From Spirochaetia bacterium (GTDB lineage: Bacteria > Spirochaetota > Spirochaetia > UBA9216): a stretch of 64,000 nt of DNA. This document shows positions 49,854 to 58,870 of this stretch, in pieces (position 1 is the stretch's first letter; each line of letters starts with the position of its first letter). The stretch covers positions 896,001 through 960,000 of the forward strand of contig OY776510.1 in assembly GCA_963675665.1 (NCBI GenBank), in the 5' to 3' direction. The notes below the pieces were generated by a model that saw only the letters and a list, made by a program, of their open reading frames with translations, did not search any database and had not been told where the DNA came from. A program made the translations under genes and the position numbers.

Positions 49854-51044
49854 ATGGGTGAAGCAATAGGAAATAATAAAATCAAAGAGGAGAAACTGAG
49901 GGAGATTGTCCGGAACCTCAATGAAGGAACGGATATTCGTAAGGTGAAAAAGCAGTTTGATAAGCTGATCCGCGACATAAGCCCCGAAGAAATTGCGAAC
50001 GTAGAGCAGTCTCTGATAAATGAAGGGGTGCCGGTAGAGCATGTTCAAAAGCTTTGTGATATTCATGTGCAGGTTTTCGATGATGCTCTCAAAAAACAGG
50101 GAAAATCCAGAGTTCTGCCGGGTCATCCGGTACACACTTACCGGTTAGAGAATAAGGAACTGAAGAAAAGGATACGCGGTCTCAAACAATCTATAAAATC
50201 AGATTTCCTGGTAAAATTGAAAGATGCAAAAATGATTGAACTCCATTATGTTAGAAAAGAGAATCAGCTCTTTCCATTCCTTGAAACTGCAGGTTTTACG
50301 GGGCCCTCGAAGGTCATGTGGGGAAAGCATGATGAGATTCGTGCATTATTCAGGAAGATAGAAGAGGATTACAATAAAGGTGATCTTAACGCTGTTAAGA
50401 AACAGACCGATGTTCTGATAAAAGCTCTGAAAAATATGGTCTTCATGGAAGAGAGAATCCTTTTTCCCGCCTCAATAAGAAAGCTTCCTCCTCAGGCCTG
50501 GTCTTCTATCAGAAAGGGTGAATCCGCAATAGGGTACTGCTGGATTGAACCGGGGAACCTCCGGGATGCAAACATTGTTGGGGGAGATGGTTCGGAAGCG
50601 GCGCCGGCCGGCCCCTCCCAAAGTACGCAATCCGGTGATGAAAAGATTTCTCTTGATACAGGGGCTTTGTCTGCAACGCAGATAAACCTGATGCTGAAAA
50701 ATCTCCCGTTTGATATGACCTATGTGGATGAAAACGACAAAGTTGTTTATTATTCGGAAGGGAAAGAACGAATCTTTCCCAGAAGCCCGGGAATAATCGG
50801 ACGGGAAGTAGCCAACTGTCATCCTCCGAAGAGTGTTCACATAGTTGAAAAGATTGTTGAAGCCCTAAAAAAAGGTGAAAAAGAGCAGGCGGAGTTCTGG
50901 ATACAGATGAACGGGATGTTTATCCATATCAGGTATTTCCCCATTTTCGATGAACAGGGCAAATACAGAGGCATTATTGAAGTCAGCCAGGAAGTCTCGG
51001 GAATTCGTTCCCTTGAGGGCGAACATCGCCTGCTGGAGTGGTAA
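49854..51044 (+). CDS. DUF438 / hemerythrin-like / PAS protein
   Basis: KLCDIH, GHPVHT...EN, HYVRKENQLFP, VMWGKHDEIR, NCHPPKS. Confidence 0.9.
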   Translation: MGEAIGNNKIKEEKLREIVRNLNEGTDIRKVKKQFDKLIRDISPEEIANVEQSLINEGVPVEHVQKLCDIHVQVFDDALKKQGKSRVLPGHPVHTYRLENKELKKRIRGLKQSIKSDFLVKLKDAKMIELHYVRKENQLFPFLETAGFTGPSKVMWGKHDEIRALFRKIEEDYNKGDLNAVKKQTDVLIKALKNMVFMEERILFPASIRKLPPQAWSSIRKGESAIGYCWIEPGNLRDANIVGGDGSEAAPAGPSQSTQSGDEKISLDTGALSATQINLMLKNLPFDMTYVDENDKVVYYSEGKERIFPRSPGIIGREVANCHPPKSVHIVEKIVEALKKGEKEQAEFWIQMNGMFIHIRYFPIFDEQGKYRGIIEVSQEVSGIRSLEGEHRLLEW

Positions 51045-51769
51045 TGGATCCATATATTACGCTGTCTTTGGTCGATTATATCCAGTTGCTCCATGGCGGG
51101 CCGGTGGCAAAATCTCTTTTTATCTACTTTGAAGCTGAATTAAAGAACTGTTCTCCGGCAGAGGTGAATACAGCTATTGAGAATCTGATGACCAGATATA
51201 AAGATGTTGATGAAATTGAGAATACGGTTGCAAGGTTCATCAGGTCTGTTACTCCGGGGTTGGAAAAACACAGAAAACCGGAATACGCGCAAGATAGCAT
51301 TTTTAGCATTCTTGATAAGGAAAATCAGATTATCGATACAATTCTGAAGAATCTTAAAAAGGTATATGTAAAAACATTACCTGAACTCAAGGCAGAAAAT
51401 AGAAACGCAAAAATGTATTTACAGAATGAAATAGGAAAAATCGAAGCTATAAAAAAGCATTACCTGAAACTTCAATACGGCGTTTTTTCCGCATTGGAAT
51501 CAGCGGGTGCGCCAACCCGATGTATTCAGCTGATGTGGCATCTGCAGGATTCTGTCTGGCCGAAATTAAAAGACTGCCGGGATCTGCTGTCCGGGGAAGT
51601 TTGGGATTTCAACCTGTTTAACAAAACTTACGGTCAGATGTTTTTCCTGCTGGCTTCTCTGGTCTTTAGAGAGGATAAGATACTCTTCCCTGTAGCATCT
51701 CAATATTTGCCCGAAGGCGTTCAGATGAAGTTGATGCTTGACGCAGAGACATATGGAATTTTAGCATAG
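51038..51769 (+). CDS. Divergent DUF438/hemerythrin-like paralog
   Basis: ENQ, HYLK....F..LE, LMWHLQD, REDKILFP. Confidence 0.7.
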   Translation: MVMDPYITLSLVDYIQLLHGGPVAKSLFIYFEAELKNCSPAEVNTAIENLMTRYKDVDEIENTVARFIRSVTPGLEKHRKPEYAQDSIFSILDKENQIIDTILKNLKKVYVKTLPELKAENRNAKMYLQNEIGKIEAIKKHYLKLQYGVFSALESAGAPTRCIQLMWHLQDSVWPKLKDCRDLLSGEVWDFNLFNKTYGQMFFLLASLVFREDKILFPVASQYLPEGVQMKLMLDAETYGILA

Positions 51770-51785
51770 TGTGATAGGTATCACA
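51770..51785. promoter_or_regulatory. Crp/Fnr-family binding site
   Basis: Perfect TGTGA-N6-TCACA, 46 bp upstream of the 4Fe-4S gene. Confidence 0.65.
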
Positions 51786-51831
51786 GCCAAGAAACGGGAA
51801 ATAGCTTAACCTGTTTATTCAGGAGGCTGAT

Positions 51832-52461
51832 ATGAAAGAGAAAACGCGTAATAAAATTAGATGGCTAATTGAAATCCTGGCACTTGCTATTTTTATTGGA
51901 TTAACGATTAACCACAAGCTTCAGCTATGGTTTGTTATTTTCTTATTGGGAGTCATCATCTCCATATTCGCCGGCAGATATTACTGCGGCTGGATATGTC
52001 CAATGAACACACTTTTTCGTCCTATCCAGTGGGTTTATAAAAAGTTAAAGATCAAAAGATTCAAATCACCGAAAGTTTTATCTAATCATTGGGTAAGATA
52101 CATTATTCTTATCCTTTTTCTCGCCGCAATGGTAATGATCAGAAGATTCCACATCAAGATAAATCTTTTGCTGTATATCACAATGCTTTCGGTTGTAGTT
52201 ACCTTGTTTTTTGAGGAAGCCTTCTGGCATCGCCATATATGTCCATTTGGAACTATTCTAAGCATTACTTCAGGGAAAGCGAGGATTTCCATGGAAATTG
52301 AAGAATCAGGTTGTATCAGCTGCGGAGCTTGTCAGAAAAAATGTCCTTCAGGTTCCATCATCACCAGGGAAGATGGAAAGCGCTGCAATCAGAAGAATGA
52401 ATGTTTATTATGTTATCAGTGTATTGAAGCATGTCCCGCAAAGGTATGCGAAATAGGATAA
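51832..52461 (+). CDS. Membrane 4Fe-4S binding protein (NapH/MauN-like)
   Basis: GRYYCGWICP, ICPFG, two CxxCxxCxxxCP motifs. Confidence 0.9.
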   Translation: MKEKTRNKIRWLIEILALAIFIGLTINHKLQLWFVIFLLGVIISIFAGRYYCGWICPMNTLFRPIQWVYKKLKIKRFKSPKVLSNHWVRYIILILFLAAMVMIRRFHIKINLLLYITMLSVVVTLFFEEAFWHRHICPFGTILSITSGKARISMEIEESGCISCGACQKKCPSGSIITREDGKRCNQKNECLLCYQCIEACPAKVCEIG

Positions 52462-52483
52462 ACGGTGGAAGAAATTATAAAGA

Positions 52484-52815
52484 TTACATCTGTAGAAAAA
52501 GCTTATACTGCCGTTTAATATTTCTACAAAAGCATTTTTGTTTGGTGCATATGAGCAGATATTTACTCCAGGCTCCAGTTGGTTGAATCTTGCCCTGCTT
52601 CCTGAATGTCTGAATAATCTTGTTAACTGTAGTTGGATGGATTTCTATTCCGATTTTTTTTAAATCATCAACGTTAAAAGAATGTCTTTCCGGTCTGAAA
52701 AGATGATTTAATAACAGATTCAAGAAGTGCAGACAGGGAGCTAAACATTTTTCATTTTCGACAGATTATAATATGGAAAATTTTCCACATCAGTTGATAA
52801 AACTATAGGACAGGG
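52484..52815 (-). pseudogene. DDE element relic 5 (multiply deleted)
   Basis: LKKIGIEIHPTTVNKIIQTFRKQGKIQPTGAW matches relics 1 and 2; end AAAACTATAGGACAGG. Confidence 0.8.
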
Positions 52816-52897
52816 CCGCAGCAAATTATTTTCTCTGAATGGTGATAATTGAAGGGGAATGGTTTATACCGGTGAAAATAACGTATATTTTTCTGGC

Positions 52898-53470
52898 CTA
52901 TGTAACCGCAGCCCGCGTCAGTTTTACGAGGAGTTTTGTCATCTCCGGCACGGGCATATCCATGTCGTTTTTAAGCCAATCCTGAATAAGAGTGAGAGCT
53001 CCTCCCGAGGCAAACAGTGCCTGATATCGGACGGTTTTTTCATCGCTATCTTTGTCGCCGGAACTTTTCTTTATATAGTGCATACGTTCAATTTGAGTCT
53101 GAAAAAAACGTCTTTGAAATTGCGGGTCGCCATTTTCACTTATCAGCACTTGAATTGAATTATTGTTCTTGACAATGTAGCGCAGAATATCCTCTATACG
53201 GGTAAATTCATGACTGCTTAATTTTGATTTTATCAGATCGAAATGCTCATGGAACAAGGCTTCAGCTTCGGCAAGGACCTCGTCTTCTATCTGCCTGAGC
53301 AGATCATACTGGTTTTTGTAGTAGACATAGAACGTAGAGCGCCCAACTCCAGCCTCCTCGCAAATCTCCTTTACGGAAATATTAAGAATCGACTTCTCCT
53401 TCATAAGTGCAAGCAGACTTTCCCGCAGAACCTTTTTGGTGAATCGGGTTCTGATATCTGATTTTTTCAT
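52898..53470 (-). CDS. TetR-family regulator
   Basis: ISVKEICEEAGVGRSTFYVYY HTH. Confidence 0.9.
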   Translation of the reverse strand: MKKSDIRTRFTKKVLRESLLALMKEKSILNISVKEICEEAGVGRSTFYVYYKNQYDLLRQIEDEVLAEAEALFHEHFDLIKSKLSSHEFTRIEDILRYIVKNNNSIQVLISENGDPQFQRRFFQTQIERMHYIKKSSGDKDSDEKTVRYQALFASGGALTLIQDWLKNDMDMPVPEMTKLLVKLTRAAVT

Positions 53471-53665
53471 CGTTATTCCTCCGCACAATTCAAGCAAAAT
53501 TGTCTAAAAAATGGACAAAATCAAACAGGCTGTCCGTTTGCTGTACAATTATCCCGAAATCGTGCTGTTTGTTTCAAAATAAAATTTATATATTAGGTTT
53601 TGTACTGTCAAGTGTTAATTGAAATGCTTGTTAAAACTTACAGCTGTGATAATAGGAGTTATCTT

Positions 53666-56281
53666 TTGGAAAAATTTTTCAAATATCCCTGGCTTGTAGT
53701 GGGAATCATCACTGCAATCACCATGTTTTTTGCGGCACAACTGCCGCGAGTGAAGTTGAACAATGATATGGCCAGTATGCTGCCGCAAGAAAATGCGGCA
53801 GTTATAACATCGGATTATCTTGATGAAACCTTTGGAAAAAGCGAAGGACTGTTTATCGGTCTTGAGCGTCCGTACGGCAATGTTTTTGACCAAGACTTTC
53901 TGTTGCGCCTAAGCGAGACTACTGAAGCGTTGAAAGAGATCGATATAGTCAAGGACGTCGCTTCCATTTTAACGCTGCCTTACATTTCGTCTGACGGGGA
54001 CAGTATTTTCGTTAACGATCTGGTTGATGAAGATTTTTCGGGAACGCCTGACGAAATTACCGAACTCAAACGCCGCTTGGCCTCCTGGGAGTTATATGAT
54101 GGGCAGACTGTTTCCGCTGACCTCTCGTCCACACAAATTATTGTGACTCTGAATACCAGTACAAATGATTCAATGGCCCCTGAGGTACAGGAAGGTGTCT
54201 GGAAAGTTCGTGATATAACGCAGGAGATGTTTGCCGGTATGGCGGCGGTTTACGTTACCGGTGATCCGATTTTGCGGCAGACGTCCAATGACGCCATGGA
54301 ATCGGATCTGCTATTGCTAGTTCCTCTGGTCATTCTTGTAGTTTTAGGGGTGCTCTTCTTTTCGTTCCGTCGTTTGGTGTACGTAATTTTACCGCTCTTG
54401 ACCGTTATTTTATCGGTTATTTGGACTATCGGTTTGATGCCGCTTTTAGGGGTAAAGCTCTCTATTATTTCCATTGTAATGCCAATCATCCTGATTGCGG
54501 TGGGCAGTGCTTACGGCATTCATCTAGTCTCACATTACAAGGACATCTCAGGGAATAAAACGCTAACCAGCGATGAGCATCACGATCTGGTGTTTGAGGT
54601 TCTTCGCGATGTAGCGGGGCCCATAATGCTTGCCGCACTCACCACCATGGCGGGATTTTTCTCATTTGTGTTTACGTTCCTTAAACCTGTAAAAGAATTT
54701 GGATTTTTTTCCACCATTGGTGTAGGCGCGGCCCTGCTTGTGTCTATTACGCTCATTCCGGCTTTGTTGCTTATCAGAGGTCCCCGTACCGTAAAACAAA
54801 AGAAAACAGTTAAGAAGTTTCGATTTGATACGATGTTAGCTGATATTTTATTGGCGATTTCGAGTAAGAAAAAACTTGTTATCCTTTGTACCGTTATTGT
54901 ACTCGGCGTATCGTTCTATGGTCTTGGCCTCCTGATTGTTGATAACAATATGGTTGAATATTTCCGAGAGGATACTGATATTTACCAGAGCGATAGATTT
55001 ATCAGCAAATATTTTGGGGGTACAACCCAAGTCACCGTTGCCTTTGAGGCTGACTCAACAGAAATACTGCTTAGCCCTGGCGTACTCACGGCGGTTGACG
55101 GTCTTGGCGCCTACCTTACCACCCGTGTTCCCGTTGTCAGTAATGTTACCGGTTTTACCGACATGGTGAAACGTGTAAATCAGGTGTTTAATGTTGATGA
55201 AGGTCCAAACGGTATTCGTGCCTCGGCGGCGTATGCTGATGATGCGGGCGAAGAGTTCGGCTTTGGCGGCTTTGGCGACTTCGATACCGCTGATGCGTCG
55301 CCCTTCGTTTCTTTGGGCTCTCCTTCCGAGGAAGATCAACAGGGCAGCTCTGCGCCGGCTGTGGGGGATACTGGTATTACCTTTGCCATGCTTGAAAGTG
55401 CCATTGGCTCCGACGCCTCCATGTCTGCCCGCGATATGGTTCGCGAACTGGAACGGCTGACTAATTATAAGGGGCGCTCGTATTATGAGATCCCGTCAGA
55501 CCTGGAACGTTATGGTAAAGAGAGTGAGGAAGAACTGACACGGCTTATCGCGAACTACCTTGTATTGGTCGGTGATGATGCTGATGGCGGTTACTCAAAT
55601 GATCCGCTTGAACCGACTGCGATCCGAAGTGTAATCCAGATAAATTCAAAATGGTGGACGGACACAAAAGCTGTTATTGATTCGGTAGAAGCTTATGCCG
55701 CGGCAAACTTTCCTGACGATGTTCGGGTAATTATTGGAGGCAGTGCGGTGCTTCAGGGAGAAATCACCTCGGAACTTGTGAGCAGCCAGATTGTATCCAT
55801 CATAGTTTCCATTCTGTTGGTGTTCATTATCCTTTCAATCGCGAATAGATCCGCCATTGCGGGCCTTCTTGGCTCTGTGCCGCTTTCAATAGCCATAATG
55901 TGTAATTTTGGTTTAATGGGATTCTTGGGCATTACCCTCAATATGGGGACGGCGCTTGTTTCCAGTCTGGCCGTGGGTATCGGCATTGATTATACCATCC
56001 ACTTTATGAGCTTTTACAAACTGGAATATAAACGCGGCGGTGATGATTTCTTACGCCGAACATTCGACAGCTGCGGTAAGGCAATTCTGATTAATGTATT
56101 TTCTGTGGGTGCGGGGTTCAGCATACTGGCGTTATCTAATTTCCGCATGATTACCCATATAGGCGGCCTCATCGCGTCAAGTATGGTTATCACCGCCATT
56201 GTAAGTCTTATCCTTATGCCGGTTCTGTTCACAACCTTTAAGCCTAAGTTTATATATGGGAAGTTCGGGAAATCACGCTGA
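53666..56281 (+). CDS. MMPL/RND-family lipid transporter
   Basis: AVGSAYGIH, AALTTMAGF, GIGIDYTIH; AGGAG before TTG 53666. Confidence 0.88.
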   Translation: MEKFFKYPWLVVGIITAITMFFAAQLPRVKLNNDMASMLPQENAAVITSDYLDETFGKSEGLFIGLERPYGNVFDQDFLLRLSETTEALKEIDIVKDVASILTLPYISSDGDSIFVNDLVDEDFSGTPDEITELKRRLASWELYDGQTVSADLSSTQIIVTLNTSTNDSMAPEVQEGVWKVRDITQEMFAGMAAVYVTGDPILRQTSNDAMESDLLLLVPLVILVVLGVLFFSFRRLVYVILPLLTVILSVIWTIGLMPLLGVKLSIISIVMPIILIAVGSAYGIHLVSHYKDISGNKTLTSDEHHDLVFEVLRDVAGPIMLAALTTMAGFFSFVFTFLKPVKEFGFFSTIGVGAALLVSITLIPALLLIRGPRTVKQKKTVKKFRFDTMLADILLAISSKKKLVILCTVIVLGVSFYGLGLLIVDNNMVEYFREDTDIYQSDRFISKYFGGTTQVTVAFEADSTEILLSPGVLTAVDGLGAYLTTRVPVVSNVTGFTDMVKRVNQVFNVDEGPNGIRASAAYADDAGEEFGFGGFGDFDTADASPFVSLGSPSEEDQQGSSAPAVGDTGITFAMLESAIGSDASMSARDMVRELERLTNYKGRSYYEIPSDLERYGKESEEELTRLIANYLVLVGDDADGGYSNDPLEPTAIRSVIQINSKWWTDTKAVIDSVEAYAAANFPDDVRVIIGGSAVLQGEITSELVSSQIVSIIVSILLVFIILSIANRSAIAGLLGSVPLSIAIMCNFGLMGFLGITLNMGTALVSSLAVGIGIDYTIHFMSFYKLEYKRGGDDFLRRTFDSCGKAILINVFSVGAGFSILALSNFRMITHIGGLIASSMVITAIVSLILMPVLFTTFKPKFIYGKFGKSR

Positions 56282-56361
56282 GGAAAAGAATCGTTAAGCT
56301 TTTAAAGCTTATTTTTTTTACATTGCAGCAGGCGCTGCAAATACTTTTCAGGAGGTTTAAA

Positions 56362-57150
56362 ATGAAACGATGTGTGCTTTTAGCCACAATGATGCTCTCG
56401 GTTGTCCTTTCAGTTTACGCACAGGATGCCGCCGTTATTATGGAGCGGGCGCAAAACAAGAACGACTCCTCTACTATGTCAAGCCGTTCACGTATGGTTA
56501 TAACCCCGAAAAATGGATCGGCCACAGAGCGGGTTATCGACCAGTATTCTAAAGAGGATGCCCAGGGACGAAATCGGTCGATTATTATTTTTCAAAGTCC
56601 CGCAACGGTAAAGGGAACGCGTTTTTTAACACTGGAAAATAATTCCGGGGACAGCGATCAATGGATCTTTTTGCCTGGAATCGGCAAGGTACGACGTATC
56701 GCTTCCTCTGAAAGCGGCGGGAACTTCATGGGTACTGATTTTTCCTATAATGATATGGACATGACCAGCCGTGATGTTAGCGAGGATACCCACACGGTCA
56801 TTGGAGAAGAGGTGATAACCGTTGACGGCAGTAATGTGCTTTGCTATCGCATTCAATCTGTCCCCAAGGACGCGGATTTTCAATATTCAAAAATGATCAC
56901 CTGGGTTGATAAAGAAAACTCTCGTATTTATAAGCGCGATCTTTACAATGATCGTGGAGGAATTGAAAAAAACATGGAAATATCAGGATACAAAGATGTA
57001 CAAGGATTTGATACCGCCACGCAAATAAAAATGTCCACTCTGGCGGCGGGAACATCAACGACACTCCATTCAGACATCATCAAGTACGATGATCCTATCC
57101 CCGAAGGCGTGTTCACCACTGCGTTTCTTGAAACAGGGAGGGTCAGATGA
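56362..57150 (+). CDS. Outer-membrane lipoprotein-sorting (LolA-like) protein
   Basis: F.SPA.VKGTRFL, DQWIFLP..GKVRRI, FMGTDFSY.D. Confidence 0.88.
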   Translation: MKRCVLLATMMLSVVLSVYAQDAAVIMERAQNKNDSSTMSSRSRMVITPKNGSATERVIDQYSKEDAQGRNRSIIIFQSPATVKGTRFLTLENNSGDSDQWIFLPGIGKVRRIASSESGGNFMGTDFSYNDMDMTSRDVSEDTHTVIGEEVITVDGSNVLCYRIQSVPKDADFQYSKMITWVDKENSRIYKRDLYNDRGGIEKNMEISGYKDVQGFDTATQIKMSTLAAGTSTTLHSDIIKYDDPIPEGVFTTAFLETGRVR

Positions 57151-58493
57151 ACGTATCCTTCATGATGAATGCGCGGAGGCGTTTCCACGCGCTGCTTGGT
57201 ACTGCGGTTTTATTTATGATTTTAACAATGCCGTTACCGGCTCAGGATTTCGGTTTTGACGATGAAGACGACGGTACAGGCGAAATCGGCAGCAGTAGTG
57301 CAATCAACGTTTCTGTAAACGGCGAAAGTTCAGCTTCAATCACCGGCTACTTTGACGACTTAGCTGACGGGGCCGGTGACACACAGTTGGGCGATGTTTT
57401 TTCAGGCGAACTGAATATTTCCGCAGAAAGCTCCCGCGCCGATGCGGTTATCAACCTGAAATTACAGCCTTCGTTGTCACAGGTGTCAATTGATGAAGCA
57501 TACGTCCGCGCGTACTTCGGCAAGCTTGACATTGAAGGCGGCCTTAGAAAACTCTCTTGGGGCAAGGCGGACAGCTTTGGGCCGTTGGACATAATCAACC
57601 CGCTTGACTATTCCGATCTTTCCTCTATGACCGATGCGCAGGACATAAAAATTGCCCGGCCTCTTGTCCACGCATCGTTTCGATTTGGACAGTTCAGCAA
57701 GTTGGAAGGCGTCTTTGTCCCCAATTTCGAGCCGATACGTTTTGCCGAAAGCGGGCGCTGGGTGCCGGACCAATTTGCCTTGTTAAACCAGCTTCCTACG
57801 GAAAATATCATCCTGCCCGACACCATAACACTTGATTACGCTCAGGCGGGACTGCGTTTCTCCACAACGATAGGCAGCGCGGACCTTGGAGCGCAGTATT
57901 ACTACGGACGGCTTTCAACACCGGCTGTAATAACGGGAATACCCGCAGGAACGCCGCCCTTGCCTACCGTAACTTTTACCTATAACCCCTATCATCAAAT
58001 CGGCGTTGATTGGGCGCAAGTGATAGCCGGTTTTAACTTTCGCGCTGAATTTGCCGCCAACATTACCGAAGATTTAGACGGTAATGACGATGCGGTGTAT
58101 AACCCCTTCCTCGCGTGGTCTCTAGGTTTTGACAAAGATCTCTTTTGGGAAATTAATCTCAATCTGCAAGTAAATGAATCAATCATTCTCATGTACGATG
58201 ATATTGATAGTGAACTTCTTTCGACGGACATTGAAGCGGATTCGGATATAACAACTACCCACGTTACTGCAGCGCTATCGAAAAAGTTTTTCCGAGACGA
58301 ATTAGAGCTGAAAACCGCCGTGATAGGGGAAATTGAATCCGGCGCGTATTTTGTCATGCCGGCTCTGATTTGGACAAAAGACACTGTAGATCTTGAACTT
58401 TCAGCCGGTATTTTTACAGGCGGTGACGAAGGTTTGTTCGGTCAGTTCCATGACAACAGTTTTATCAAAGCTGGAATAACGTACACGTTTTGA
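57147..58493 (+). CDS. Putative outer-membrane beta-barrel
   Basis: Signal peptide, EAY, WGKAD..DIINP, terminal YTF. Confidence 0.75.
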   Translation: MNVSFMMNARRRFHALLGTAVLFMILTMPLPAQDFGFDDEDDGTGEIGSSSAINVSVNGESSASITGYFDDLADGAGDTQLGDVFSGELNISAESSRADAVINLKLQPSLSQVSIDEAYVRAYFGKLDIEGGLRKLSWGKADSFGPLDIINPLDYSDLSSMTDAQDIKIARPLVHASFRFGQFSKLEGVFVPNFEPIRFAESGRWVPDQFALLNQLPTENIILPDTITLDYAQAGLRFSTTIGSADLGAQYYYGRLSTPAVITGIPAGTPPLPTVTFTYNPYHQIGVDWAQVIAGFNFRAEFAANITEDLDGNDDAVYNPFLAWSLGFDKDLFWEINLNLQVNESIILMYDDIDSELLSTDIEADSDITTTHVTAALSKKFFRDELELKTAVIGEIESGAYFVMPALIWTKDTVDLELSAGIFTGGDEGLFGQFHDNSFIKAGITYTF

Positions 58494-58870
58494 TTAAGTG
58501 AATAAAACTCAGGCGGTGTGTAAAAACAAAGCACGCCGCTTGAGAGTAGCTGTCATTTCGTTCGTTTGAATTCTATATATTGATATGACAAAACAGGTTT
58601 CATGATGGTCTTTGCAGATGCTTTATCATAGTCAAAATTTTGTTTATGTCCGATTTCTTCTGCAATATAAAGTAAGCTTCTTTCAAGGTTATGAAATTTT
58701 CATTTTTGTTAAACACAATAAAGATCCTTTTGGTAATGTGTCTGAATTGTATAATCTAAGTTAATTACCTCTAATTTATGAAATAAAAAATCGGATGGAG
58801 CTATCTACAGAATATGTGGCTCGCTTCCGTAAATTGTTAGTGTATAATACATATCAGCAGTCTGCCTGAT

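Noticed and set aside
28524-52792. Palindrome copies as a CRISPR array
   Set aside because: Spacing is irregular (68 bp to kilobases), copies are degenerate and there are no cas genes
28400-52815. Classical integron with attC cassettes
   Set aside because: No intI, no consistent RYYYAAC...GTTRRRY sites, and cargo consists of multi-gene operons in both orientations
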